Below are positions 12,182 through 25,848 of a stretch of 64,000 bases of DNA, one piece after another. A program made the translations under genes and the position numbers. A model generated the notes under the pieces. The model saw nothing but the letters and a program-made list of their open reading frames with translations. It was not told where the DNA came from and did not search any database. Position 1 is the stretch's first letter. Each line of letters begins with the position of its first letter. This DNA is from Octopus sinensis (taxonomy: Eukaryota), in the NCBI RefSeq assembly GCF_006345805.1, contig NC_043003.1, positions 63,922,001 to 63,986,000 on the forward strand, given 5' to 3'.

Positions 12182-12684
12182 AAGCATTCATATACCTCCT
12201 TTTACATGCACACACATATACTCACACAGAGTTGAAACGCTGATTTTCATTTGTTCACCCCTTCCTTCGTTATTCATCTATCACCTCTTCACCTCGAGCC
12301 TTCGCAAATAAAGAAGATATAGAGCAGTGCTCTGCAACCTTCTTTTTTCCACCTGCGATACACTTATATTCTTTTCAAAAATCGGCGGCACACCTGGACT
12401 AAAAACATAACTAAAAGTACAGGGGAAAATATACAGCACACCTAGCATCATCTCGTGGCACGCCAGTGCGCCGCGGCTTTGCGGTTACGGAGCACCGATG
12501 TAGAGGCATATGTAACCTTAGAAATATACAGACGTACACACATAAACACACACACACACACACACACAAACAAACACGAGCACGCGCACACACCTACGCA
12601 CATACGTATGACACGGGCAATCTCGAAAATGCCAGATATACTTTTGACAAAAACACTTCATTTACTGGCGAACATAAAAGTAAT

Positions 12685-13053
12685 AACAAGAGCACTCAGA
12701 GAGCGCAAACCTCCGCCAAACAACACCAACGTTCTCTCAATGATTAGCCAGAGAGGATTTTTAAGATGGGAATATCTGAAATAAACTCGACTGTTCTCGC
12801 AAACCAGAATACTAAAAATTAACCCGACCGCTCTCAACAATTAAGTTAAAAAAGCGGAAAAATAATCCAGATTCTTTGTCCGGTATAGGATCGATCCCAA
12901 AATCATATCAGTTTGTGCCAATAACGAGGCCAAACATCCCTGAAAGTTTCATCTGAATCCATCCAGCGGTTCTTGAGATATCTTCTCCACGGACAAACAA
13001 ACGAACACCACTGAAAAACAATACTCCGCCTTAACGAAGGCGGAAGCAATTAA
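12685..13053 (+). mobile_element. Helentron/HINE-like non-autonomous element
   Basis: Starts AACAAGAGCACTCAGAGAGCGCAAACCTCCGCC, ends with hairpin CCGCCTTAACGAAGGCGG, interior AAAGTTTCATCTGAATCCATCCAGCGG typical of DINE-1-like elements. Confidence 0.55.
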
Positions 13054-13706
13054 AAGACCAACGACAGAAGAACTTAAAAGCGGAAGATATTGAAGACAAC
13101 GAGAGGTTAAAACAAACAGTCGGGAGCGGGAAAGACGAGCAGAAGTGGATAAATATATATGGAGAGAAAGAAAAGAAATGATGATAGAAAACAAAGGCCA
13201 TCGAGCAATCTATAAGTAGATTCAGTGGCCGTTAAAAATGGATATTTCCTTCAACAGCTTAATGGTTTCTGAGTGATATCAATAAAGAGACTTTATTTAG
13301 CCTTCTTTTAGGTTTTCTGGCTTCTGTCTATAACTCCATTCATTCAACGTATCTGTGTATTCAATGCGATTTTTAGCTTCGATTGAAGTGATTTTGATAC
13401 CCGTTCTCGGACGTAAAGCTCTAGGCAAGAAAGAGGCTTTATTATATGTCTAGTACATCTAGTGAATAATAATAATATACACACACAAACAGGTTTGTAT
13501 ATACATACATACATACATACATACATACATACATACATACATACATACATACATACATACATACATACATGTGTCATAAGAATTGTGAAACTTTGGGAGA
13601 TGTGAAATAATTCATTTTTAATTGTGGAAGTGTGTAGATATTGGGTTAATAACCTTTTGGACGGGAAAAGTAGAAGGCTGCAAACACGCGCGCACACACA
13701 CGCACG

Positions 13707-13771
<65 letters not shown>

Positions 13772-13862
13772 TAGAATGTTTTTGCAAAGAATCCTTGTTA
13801 TTGTTACAATATTTATATAAATATAATTTAATTAAAAATTATTAATTATATTAGAGAATTCT

Positions 13863-13870
13863 AACCAATG

Positions 13871-13904
<34 letters not shown>

Positions 13905-13925
13905 TAATAATAATAATAATAATAA

Positions 13926-13956
<31 letters not shown>

Positions 13957-14074
13957 AATCATAGTAATAATTTTGATGATTTGTTATTACCTGCTTTCAA
14001 GTAAAGAATAACCAATAATTAAGAACTATAGACAAACTAATAATAATAATAGGTATTATTATTATTATTATTAT

Positions 14075-14109
<35 letters not shown>

Positions 14110-14132
14110 ATAGTAGTAGTAGTAGTAGTAGT
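13863..14132. repeat. (TAA)n/(GAA)n/(TTA)n/(TAG)n trinucleotide arrays
   Basis: Directly visible. Confidence 0.9.
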
Positions 14133-14891
14133 ATAAAAGAGACCAAGAGCACTATACTGGAAACACAAGACCAGCTTTGGCCACGAACTGGACGGTCAAC
14201 CTTACGAATGAGCAAGTGTCTCAGCTGTGCCGCATCTGCCATAGAGTGGACGAAACCATTGCCCATATCATGAATGAATGCCCTAGACGTGCCCAAAACC
14301 ACTACAAGTTCTAGCGACACGATCAGGTAGCGAAAGTGCTACAGTGGAAACTGTGCAAAAACTGGGGGCTAGAGAGAGGCAAGACGTGGTATGAGCACAA
14401 ACCGAAGAGAGTAGCGGAGTCAGAAACTAGCAAAATCCTCTGGGATTTCCCAATCCAAACATATCAGGTGCTAGAGCATAACAGACCGAACCTAATGATG
14501 GTGGACAAGGTGCACCACATATGCTATATAGTTGATGTCGCATACCCCTTTGACCCACGAATAGTCAAGAAGAAAAGCAAAAAGATTGATAGATACATCC
14601 CTCTTAAGTACAAAATAGCTCGGCTATAGAAAATGGAGAAGGTGAAGATAGTGCCAATTACTATTGGGTCCTTGGGAACAATATCAGAAGGCCTCAAGGG
14701 GAATATAAAGGAAATTGGAATAGAATGCCCAGTAGAATTGTTACAAATGGCTTGCCTCCTTGGCACAGTCAGAATAATCAGGAAAGTATTAGCTGAAAAG
14801 AATGGATAGTATGATACCGTAGGCTGAAGGTAGCAAGCCCGCTACGCATGCAAGACTCCAGAAGCTCCAAAAGAACCTGTGATAAAGAGAA
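14133..14891 (+). mobile_element. R4/Dong-clade non-LTR retrotransposon 3' portion (pseudogenised)
   Basis: CCHC finger CRICHRVDETIAHIMNEC, RHDQVAK, ILWDFPIQT..HNRPN..IVDVAYPFD restriction-like endonuclease, IVPITIGSLG..LLGTVRII. Contains stops and a frameshift. 3' end runs into (AAC/AAT)n. Confidence 0.9.
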
Positions 14892-14938
14892 ATAACAACA
14901 ACAACAACAACAACAATAATAATAATAATAATAATAAT

Positions 14939-15428
14939 CATGTACATTGTTTTTCTTGGTATAAAAGATGGGCTACAGTAAATATTCTGCTCAATACCAC
15001 AGATTTGCTTGTCAGTTGTTTGACCTTAACCAGTTGAGCATGTCCCTTAGTGGCTGATGATATGTGCATCTCTGATCACGAGCAGAAGTAGTGGGGGAGC
15101 ATCATAGCCATGTGTTGAGAAGGGTTCTTTGGGGTTTGAATAATTCACCTCTGGAAACATGGGTGTTTCATTCAACATCCTTAAACAACCCTTATTCAGG
15201 GACCTTTTGAGCGGAATGGGTTACTTGACCAGAAGAAAATTCTAACTGGGCCCCACCTGCAAGGTCATGTGCTGTTTATCTTGATATGAGATCATCATGT
15301 CGCGCACATATGGTTGTGATGCATGTGCCTAGTGTACCCTTATCAGACGGGTAGTCATGATGGGTATACTGGGCTTCGTATATTTTACCCCAGTGTCACT
15401 TTGATGGCATGCACTGCTCTCTCACTCA
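14939..15428 (+). mobile_element. Non-coding retroelement 3' segment ending in (AAT)n
   Basis: Higher-complexity 490-bp block between two (AAT)n tracts, no recognisable ORF. Class is inference. Confidence 0.45.
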
Positions 15429-15437
15429 ATAATAATA

Positions 15438-15653
15438 ATGGTTTCAAATTTTGCCACAACAACAGCAATTTTGGATGAGGAGATGAATCGATTACATTGA
15501 CCCTAGTGCGTAACTGGTACTTATTTCATCGACCCCCAAAAGATGAAAGACGAAGTCGAACTCGGTAGTATTTGAGCTGAGAACGTAAGGACGGACGAAA
15601 TGCCATCAAGCATATTGCCCGGCGTGCTAATGACTCTACCAGGTCGACGCCTT
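15438..15653 (-). mobile_element. SINE-B monomer
   Basis: Reverse complement of the family head, body and tail 2, flanked by TAATAATG on both sides. Confidence 0.75.
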
Positions 15654-15743
15654 AATAATGATAATAATGATGATAATTACAATAACAACTACAACAACAA
15701 TGATAATAATAATAATGGTGATGATGATGATGATAATAATAAT

Positions 15744-16005
15744 ACGAACAGTGAAAGTCGTGCTAATAATAATTGGTGCGTTTGGAACACTAAGGCAAGA
15801 TATAGACAAATGGCTGAAGGAAATTGAAATACAACGCCCGGTGGAGTTCCTACTGAAAGTTAGTCTCTTAGGATTATCCAGGAGGATTATAAGCACCTGA
15901 AAGACTGCTGAAAACTTGTGGATACCTAAGGTTACAGGTAGTAATCCGTTATCCACATAAATCCTACCAGCAATAAGACCGAAACTGACCCAAACCAAAA
16001 TATAT
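15744..16005 (+). mobile_element. R4/Dong-clade LINE extreme 3' end, second subfamily
   Basis: VKVVLIIIGAFGTL..IDKWLKEIEI..VEFLLKVSLLG parallels the C-terminus at 14.7 kb. Begins in (AAT/GAT)n. Confidence 0.75.
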
Positions 16006-16679
16006 TAACAGAATGAAACGAATCTTTTGGAAGGACTTTTCCGCGTTGTGTTAAGCGCTTTCGCTGTTTACAGCTTTTCAAGCACGTATATGTGTATGAT
16101 ACACCCACAAACATATGAAGAAACATATGTACTTATAAATAACATGTATATTACATACAAATATGTAATATGCATATTACATACTCATATGTAATAATTC
16201 TATGTGTAGTAAATTTAGTTGAAACAGAAGAATCATACCGTTGTTTCTCCTAGTTTCTCTCTAGTATTTCATTTATTTGTGTCGTTGTTGTTGTTATTTA
16301 GTGGAAATTTTCCTTCTAAAAAAAGAAAACAAAAGTATTTTTAATGATGTGAGATCGAAGCAACAGTTTGTTTTGATGTTCCATAGTTGGCGGGTAACAT
16401 TGATAATTGTCGAAGAAATAAAATAGACTTTCGTGAATAAAACTGATATTTGTCATTTTTTTTTACAAATATTTATTTTATCATTATTATTTTTTTTTTT
16501 AGTTTATCCTATCTATTTTCACGTACGTTCAGCTGAATATCACACAAAACAACAATTCATATTTATCATTGATTTTTAAAAACTAAATCCATTCAAAAGA
16601 ATAGAATGAACGATGAGAAGTTATTTTGTGCATTGAATATCGTGTGTTCAGGAGTTGCATATTGAAAGAAATTTAGAGA

Positions 16680-16960
16680 TACTTAGATAGATTTCAGTTA
16701 GAACTGGCCCAAGCCATTCCTAACTCAATGGTACCACTGGGAGAAGATATTTAATGGTGTTTCATATTACAGTCGTAAATTGGAGGCTATAGCCCATTCC
16801 AATGATGAGTTATTAATTGCAGAGATGTATCCAGGTGTAGGTGATTTATCTGGAATTTACTGGTGGAACTTGTCCAGAAACCGTTTAAATGTTATAGGAT
16901 CTTTTTCTTCACTTATGGGTTTTCAAGAGAACTTGACCAGTTTAGAGGAAATAGCTGTGT
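16680..16960 (-). mobile_element. CR1/L2-type LINE ORF2 C-terminus and 3' UTR
   Basis: Minus-strand translation EEKDPITFKRFLDKFHQ*IPDKSPTPGYISAINNSSLEW, the FK..LD.FL..IPD.P...NSL motif. Confidence 0.7.
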
Positions 16961-17265
16961 CTTAGTGTTGTGACGCGAGTTCGATTGCTGAAGAGGAAGG
17001 ATGGCATGGGGACCAAGCGTTGGGACAAAAGTATTAAAGAAAACCTAATGAAAAAAATAAAAACAAGTAGATTGTTCATTATGAGATGAGTTTCAGATTG
17101 AGCAATCTGATGAGGGAATCTGTGTGGTTGAGATGCTTCTACCATAAAACTAGACCGATCAGTGCCTTTTGAGTAGATTTGGCAGACGTAAATCGAAAGA
17201 AACCCATCATGTGTGAGTGTGTGTGTGCGCGCACAAAAATAGATAAATAATAGATTTATACATAT

Positions 17266-17417
17266 AGGAGTGGGTGTGTGGTAAGTAGTTTGCTTACCAA
17301 TCACGTGGTTCTGGGTTCAGTCACACTGTGTGGTACCTTGGGCAAGTGTCTTTTACTATAGTCTTAGGCCGACCAAAGACTTGTGAGTGGATTTAGAAGA
17401 CGTAAACTGAAAGAAGC
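17266..17417 (+). mobile_element. SINE-A 5' half
   Basis: GGAGTGGGTGTGTGGTAAG...ACCTTGGGCAAGTGTC...AACTGAAAGAAGC. Confidence 0.85.
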
Positions 17418-17626
17418 AGTGTCGGCGGAGGCGGTGGCGGAGTGGAGGGGAAAGGGGAAGAGGAGGAACGGGAAGGAAGGGAGGAGGAGGAGGAGGAGGA
17501 GATATACTAAGTGAAGAATAAACCAGAAGAACGAGCTGGGAAAAAAGACGAAGAATGAATGAAGGGGAAATTAAAAAATTAAAGAAGAAAAAGAGTGAAG
17601 CAATAAGGTGAAAGAACAAGAAAACC

Positions 17627-18094
<468 letters not shown>

Positions 18095-19261
18095 GAATAT
18101 AAAGAAAGTAAACATCGTACGAGGTGTTGCAAAGCATACAGTGATTTCAAAAATTAAGATCATAGATATATATAAAAGAAAAGACGTTTTGATCCTATTT
18201 ATCTTATTTCTAAGAGCCCCTTTGCGTATGATACTAAATGCCGGATAAAGGGAAAAGGGGTACAATATACGGCCTTTAGTATATTAAGATCACGATGACC
18301 GAGTAGCGAGGAGCTGGTTGTTGTGTAACGCTCAATAAGCTTGGTGGAAAAGACCAGAAAGAGAACAAAAAAAAAGAGAAGAAAACACGAGGAAAAAGCA
18401 ATTATATAAACAGTGAAAAATAAACCGATTAGAATAGCTTGTGAGTAAAGGCTTGCGAGTGAAGTTGACCAGAAAGGAATATGAACTGCAATGCAGCTAT
18501 AGAATTATATGCTGGTTTCGCTGATATTCTATTCAGCAGATATCTGTAGAAGAAGAATCGATAATCATCGTAGCATCAATAAAAACATTAAATATTCAAG
18601 GAGATAATATTTCTTTTTACTTTTGTCATTCTTTAACGATGAGAAATAGTTTAGAAACATCAAAATATTTATGAACTTTTCCTCTGTATTCAGCTCAACA
18701 AAGCAAGTCGTTGAATAGTATCGGAGCTAACAAAATATACAGCTGCGCTGAGGATTATTCAGATAAGCATGCAAGAAAGCTTACATGTTTAACTATTTGC
18801 ACATGCTGTATATACACAGGAAAGTGAGCGGCTGTTATGCGATCCGATTTCCATTCCTACCTAGAGACCGTTTAAGTTCACGCATATCAATAATACCTGG
18901 CGATGGATCAGCTGGCCGAAACTTCACAGTCACTCTCAGCAATGAGAATAATAAATTCGAATTCTACAAAAGTATGGAATAACCAATCAGATTAATGTAA
19001 AAGTGCTTTTATTATTTGAACATCAAAACAAATGTTAATACCCTTGATTACGATAAAACGTGAATATCTCTAATTTGGTTATGAGACGTTTTGTCGCAGC
19101 CTTTTTGGTAGCACTTATTTAGTATCGCTGATTCGACGCTGATTTGACATTAGACGTGTTAATGCTTCTATCGTTTGTTTCTCACGTCCTCTTATTCCCT
19201 ATCTCCCTCTATCTATTTATCTATCTATCTAACTATCTATCTATTTATCTATCTATCTATC

Positions 19262-19298
<37 letters not shown>

Positions 19299-20602
19299 CC
19301 TATCTACACTACCGTCAGAAATTAATTAGCACCCTTGATTTGCTCTTCACTCAAGGTATGTGCTGTCACCTAGTGGCCATATCTCGAACTATTGCTTTGT
19401 TGCGAGTTCACTGTTGCGCAGAACGATGACGTAACTTTGTTTGCAGAGCAGTTTGAGAGTCTACAGCCTTATGATGTTGACATAGCAGTGCAACAACAAC
19501 TTGGAGTGCGGATGCAGACAAATCTTCCTTTGTTTAATAGATTGGGAGCGCCTCGCAAGGACCAAAATCACACCATACTAAGTTTTCTCATCGCGTAAGA
19601 CGTTTTGAACAGCTCATAGGTTAATTGATTTAACCTATTTAATGTAGAAATTTGAGAAGTGCTAATTAATTTCTGACGCAAGTGTATCTATAAATCTATA
19701 TAGCTATCTTTCTAAATCTCTCTTCCTATATATCTATCAATGTATCTATCTATCTATTTATTTATCTTTCTATACCTCTCTCCCTCTCTCTCTTTATCTC
19801 TCTTCCTATCTATCTATCTTTCTATATTCTCTCCCACTCTCTCTCTTTCTCTCCCTTTCTATCTCTTCCTATCTACTTATCTATCTATCTTTTTATATAA
19901 ATATATATATATATATATCTTTCTCTTTCTCTTTCGTTCTCTGTCTCACTCTCTCACTCTCACTCTCCCTCCTCTCTCTCTCTCTCTCTTCCTATCTGTC
20001 TATCTTTCTATACATCTCTCCCTTTTCTCTCTCTCTCTTTCTCTTCCTCTCTATGTACGTGTGTGAACATATTTTACTTAGTGTGTGAGAGGAGAGGGAA
20101 ACTGCTTATGTCAATCGTGTTCAATTAACAAACTGCAATATCTTTCCCTCTCACACGTTCTCGCTCACTCTCTCATTCTATATGTGTACATTCTGCGCAT
20201 GCGTGCATGTATGTGCAGTCGTGCGTACGAATGTGCGTGTGTGTGCGCGCGGCGCGCGTGTACGTGTGTCTGTATGTATATGTGTGTGTATGTGTTTGTC
20301 TTCAGTGCCAAAAAGCACACCTTCCAAAAGAGGCCGAATGTCGTCAGCCGTGCCAAACCAGCGGTGCCAAAACAGCTGCGCCCAGTCGGTTCGTTCTTTA
20401 ATTCCACTGACTGTACATCTGGTGAGAAAGGCTGCGCAAGATCACACGAGCATACCTTTCAATAAAAAGACAGGGTGGCTAACGAGAGACATAAATTGAA
20501 AAGAAATGACTCGTAAGTCTTCATGTGTGACGCCATCAAAATAAAAGCACGTCTGATGCACATGCTTACATCCATACACACATATGCATGTATGCGTATA
20601 TA

Positions 20603-20645
<43 letters not shown>

Positions 20646-20673
20646 TACATATATATATACATACATACATACA

Positions 20674-20704
<31 letters not shown>

Positions 20705-20824
20705 GTTGTTGTATTTAGGTATAGTCATGTTGCCAGTTTAGCCAATAAAAACACACACACTATATATTTGGTGTTAATTTGCTTCAGCTTTATTTATTTT
20801 TTACATTAATCTTAATCTTATTTC

Positions 20825-20868
20825 GGCCAGAGTTCTTTCGTCACATTTCTGTGACCTCATCAGTGATC
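20825..20868 (-). ncRNA. Minimal hammerhead-like fold in a Penelope-like fragment
   Basis: GAUCA-CUGAUGA-G-GUCACA(GAAA)UGUGAC-GAA-AGAACU-C-UGGCC. Core intact, 6-bp stem II, stem I only about 3 bp. Confidence 0.5.
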
Positions 20869-21029
20869 CTTTGCTTTCTTCTTTCTTATTAGTGTGTCTC
20901 TCCTTACTAACGGTCAGCCATTTTGTATTTTGTATTCCTATTTTATGTGTCTTTATTTGCGCATGCGTATATCCCTATGTGCAAAACAAATATAACGTAT
21001 ATATGCAAAACAAATCTATAAACGCATAT

Positions 21030-21101
<72 letters not shown>

Positions 21102-21112
21102 TCTATACATAC

Positions 21113-21163
<51 letters not shown>

Positions 21164-21191
21164 TATATATATATACATACACACACACACT

Positions 21192-22103
21192 TGCTGATGT
21201 ACCCGGCCATTCCCGGAAAAGCGGGACTTAGCCCTTGGTTCCGTTCTCATAATTGTTGTGCTAGTCCAATAACAACAATACAAAGTATGTAGCCCTTAAA
21301 ACAGTTTTTATGTATTTACAGAGAATACCGAACTGTCTTACACAGGCTCTTGTTTTAAGGAATTCCCAATAAGTTATGAATACCCAAATTGTGAAGTCAG
21401 TTATGTTATAACGTGAATTTAGTTACCCGATAGTAAGAATTCAAATAAAGTAGCCCCGAAAAGGTCTTTAATGCGTTCTCAGAGTATATAGAACATAAGA
21501 GGAGATACTAATAAGACATGTATACTAAAATCGTAAATCATGTTACGTAATAACATGGTAATCAAATATGAGATAATAACAATTGAAAGTAAATAACTCT
21601 GAAAAGGGCTTTTGTGCGTTCCCAGAGAATATTGGCCTCGGTGGCGCTAGTGTTGGTATATTCGTGATTAAGTGACTAACCGAAATAAGTGGATCTATTG
21701 TTTAGGAAAATAGTATTTACTTGTTTAAGGGTTCTACTGGATAAATTACGAAAATCTAACAGTTCAAATACTAAGAAATACGCATACTCAATTTCATTTT
21801 TATCAAATAGTTTAGGAAAATGAATGGGTTATTTCCCTTGGCTTTATATAAGGATCCCTTCAACAGGCAGATGCATTATTTCCCTTGGCTTTTAAAATAA
21901 AATATATCAGATATATATATATATATATAAGGATCCTTTCCAGGGGTCCTATTATCGATATTTTTCAACATTCTGAGTATACCACGAGGTTTCTAAACAT
22001 GAGTTTTACTTGTCAAGTTTCATCAAAATCGATAAAACGATGTAGGAGGAGTTAGCTAACAACTCCATAAACACACCCACCAACAGAATTTCCCACATAT
22101 GTA

Positions 22104-22110
<7 letters not shown>
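21192..22110 (-). mobile_element. Helitron/HINE-like non-autonomous element (degenerate)
   Basis: Minus-strand 3' end GCCGGGTACATCAGCAAGT (CTAG eroded), AAGTTTCATCAAAATCG motif, internal about 50-bp imperfect direct repeats. Confidence 0.5.
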
Positions 22111-22149
<39 letters not shown>

Positions 22150-22152
<3 letters not shown>

Positions 22153-22345
22153 TTGCCATGATTGATCGCTAATCCATAAGATTTTTATTCTCTGTCTGAT
22201 TATTTTCTCTTATTTCTTTCTGTTGAAGAACGTAAGCTCGAAACATAAAAGACTTTCTCACTTCCCTGAGCGTCAAACTAATACACCTGCTTATTGTTAA
22301 TACACCTGTCTTCGTCCTTTGTCTTTCTGTAAATTTTAACTATAT
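22150..22345 (+). mobile_element. Penelope-like terminal fragment (family also at 53.3 kb and 63.8 kb)
   Basis: GCTCGAAAC..AAAGACTTT...CTAATACA.CTG...ACACCTGTCTTC shared by three copies. Confidence 0.65.
22215..22252 (+). ncRNA. Variant hammerhead-like fold (CUGUUGA core), eroded
   Basis: UCUUU-CUGUUGA-A-GAAC(GUAA)GCUC-GAA-ACAU-A-AAAGA. Confidence 0.35.
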
Positions 22346-22814
22346 GTGTGTGTGTATACACATGCATGTGTATATACATACATGCATACAAGCATAAGTA
22401 CAATACACCCATGCATACAAACATACATACATACATACATACATACATACATACATACATACATACATACATACATACATACATACACGCATACATACAC
22501 ACAAATATACAAAACATATAAGTACTGACGCATATATACATTCATACATTCACACATTCATGCAAACATACATACATACTGTTGTATAATGAAACGGTAC
22601 ACCCCTCCCAGTAAAAAGTGGTAGTACACAGTCATTATAAATAGACCAGTAGCCAGAAGGTCGAGAGTACGTGTACACTCTGTTGATAGTCGTTTCTGTG
22701 TTGATATATTAATTATACTTTGATACTGAGTGGACGTTATATCGATCAAACCTTTTGAGGATAATAACATTGTACGACTGGGGAGGGGTCATACAGTGCA
22801 AGATAGAACCATTC

Positions 22815-23204
22815 TATCGACAACTTCGATCACTGGAACTGTAAAAGTCTGTTAAACTTTCCAGACCTTTATCATTAAAATATATATGTGAGCATGTCTA
22901 AATATGCAACTATATGCATGAAATACATGCATAAGGCAAAACATATAAATCTGAAGATATACGTTCATACATGAATACATACATATAAATCTGCACATAT
23001 ACGTACATACATACATACATACATACATACATACATACATACATACATACATACATACATACATACATACATACATACATACATACATACAAAAATACCC
23101 TGTTGTTGATGTTGAAATTCCAAAGGAGCCTCGGATCTAGGTTAGAAACCGGCTCCTTATTTATTGGCAAGAAATCTTGAAATAACAATGAAAGAACAAT
23201 GACA
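22815..23204 (+). mobile_element. RLE-type LINE 3' end, (CATA)n-associated family
   Basis: ATCACTGGAACTGTAAAA ORF end and 3' UTR GGATCTAGGTTAGAAACCGG...ACAATGACA with an internal (CATA)n. Matches the 33.9, 36.0 and 55.9 kb copies. Confidence 0.8.
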
Positions 23205-23869
23205 TACATATATAGAATCTTGATAAGCTTTACAAATATAATCTGTAAGCTGAACAGTTAAAATATGCAAGACTTTTCTAAAAGTTTAAAATGTAACATT
23301 ATTTTCGTTATCTACATTCCAATGATGGAGTTTTGTATCTTTGTTAGAAACCAGCTCCTTCCTCAAAGGAAGAGTTTATATAATTAAAAACTGCAGCGAA
23401 TATACATACATACATACATACATACATACATACATACATACATACATACATACATACATACATACATACACAGATTTTGAACAGTGAAGAAGTAAATCAA
23501 TACTACCAATAATCAAACACTACATTCCTACACGATTTTGTTTTCATACACGCACGTTATATAATTTAAATGGTGTAAGCAGAACACATACATAAAGGCA
23601 GCCATAGATTTGTTTCTATGTATGGCAAAATGGCAGCTTGTGACACTCACGCATTTCCCAAGGATCCCAGGATATTAGTTAATGTGCAAAAATGATATAA
23701 TCTAGTAATGTATGTTATTTATTTTTCGAATGCTGTAAGTGAGAAAACTGACAGAAAATTAAAATTAACAACGATATCAGTTCGTTTAAGAAAGAAACTT
23801 GTGAGAATAAATAAGAAAACATCTGAATAAATTTAAAAGATAAATGATCACATGCTCAAACAGCATATA

Positions 23870-24427
23870 CATATATATATATATTATATTATATTATATT
23901 ATATTATATTATATCATATTATATTATATTATATTATATTATATTATATATATCATATTATATCATATTATATATATCATATATATATATATATATATAT
24001 TATTAACATAGATATGTATTATACATCATATATATATATTATATATATTCTATTCTATTATATTATATCTCATATATATATATACATATATGTATAGTAT
24101 GCATTATATATATATACATATATTATACATATACTATATATATATATAATATATATATATATATCATATATATATACACATATATATATATACATATATA
24201 TATGTGTGTGTGTGTTTGCATATATATGTATAGATATATAAATATAAGAGTGTGTATGTGTGTATTTACACACACACACACACACACACCACACACACAC
24301 ATATATATATATATATATTGATTATCCATACATAGACATATATACATTGTTTATATATTATTGTTTTTATACATACACATATATATTCTTACACACACAC
24401 ACACACACACACAATACATACACATAT

Positions 24428-24473
<46 letters not shown>

Positions 24474-24475
24474 AA
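23870..24475. repeat. AT-rich (TATAT)n/(TA)n/(CA)n low-complexity tract
   Basis: Directly visible. Confidence 0.9.
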
Positions 24476-25487
24476 ATTGAAATATCTATCTAATTTCCAA
24501 TTCATCTTATTGAGATCGCTTTTTAATGGAGTCGTGAAAATGTCGCTGTAGTCAGAAACCAAATTTACTTTGCCAATATGATAAAGCTTATAAGCATGTA
24601 ACTTGATACGAAAATTTTAATTAAATATGACCGTCTGATAGTTAATCAATTATATCTTTCTTGCTCGCCTTATTCACTTACACATCAGACCAGTTCCCCG
24701 ATGAATATGTATGTATGATGAATATGGTACGTATATGTACATATACATAATTATATGTCATATATATGCGTGTGTGTATGTACGTGTTATATATATATAT
24801 ACACGCTCACACATAAATACACGCTATACCATCGAAGTTTATTACTCAGAGATGACATCACCATGAAAAATAACAGTTAAGGTAGTGATAAGAAACTTAG
24901 GGCAACGAATATAACAAACTAATGATAAGTACTTATGGAGTAAAGAAAATACATTAACTCAATAATAATTTCTTATATTTCAATCATTTCGGCAAATACG
25001 GGAGACAACTGCGAGCATATTTCGATTATATTAGACCTCTTCAGCTCAGCGAAGCATACATTAAACCTTACCTTGACGTGTTATACTATAGACGAGTATG
25101 TGTGAAAATTTTAGAAATTAATAACTGTAAATAAGTCCTAACGTCAGCATGAAAATCGATAGTTAAGTTGATGTTAGCTTCCTTACATAAAAAATCGAAT
25201 AAGGCCACAGAGTATGATATCTTGTAAAATGTCTGAGAGACAGCGAACACGAAAAAAGGATTTTCCGGAATTCCACGAGTGTCTCCTTGTTGAACAACAA
25301 AGGCATCAAACGGGATTCTGGGAGTAATTAGGGCTTCATCTTAATTCAGATGATTAGCCCCAAATCGACCTTGATCGAGATGGTTGACGGTCAAAGCAAT
25401 CAAGTTAAAATCATGTTTTTTTTTATTTATTCATTTTTTGTTTTTCTTTCTCTTTAAATTTTGTTGTAATATTCATTTCAAATTTTG

Positions 25488-25830
25488 GTACAAGGCTAGC
25501 AAGATCGACTCCAATACGCAACTGGTACTTATTTTATTGACCCCTGAAAGGATGAAAAGTCGACTTCGGAGGAATTTGAACTCAGAACGCAGACTCGGGC
25601 GAAATACCTATTTCTTTACTACCCACAAGGAGCTAAACACAGAGAGGACAAACAAAGGCAGACAAACGGATTAAGTCGATTATATCGACCCCAGTGCGTA
25701 ACTGGTACTTATTAAATCGATTCCGAATGGATGAAAGGCAAAGTCGACCTCGGCGGAATTTGAACTCAGAACGTAGCGGCAGACGAAATACCGCTAAGCG
25801 TTTTGTCCGGTGGCGGTAACGTTTTGTCGT
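25488..25830 (-). mobile_element. SINE-B, dimeric
   Basis: Reverse complement of the two-unit layout. Confidence 0.8.
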
Positions 25831-25848
25831 AATATTATATTCCGGACT

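Noticed and set aside
22601-22789. Short inverted match CCCCTCCCAGT / ACTGGGGAGGGG upstream of the RLE fragment
   Set aside because: Only about 12 bp, and the flanks do not extend the pairing.
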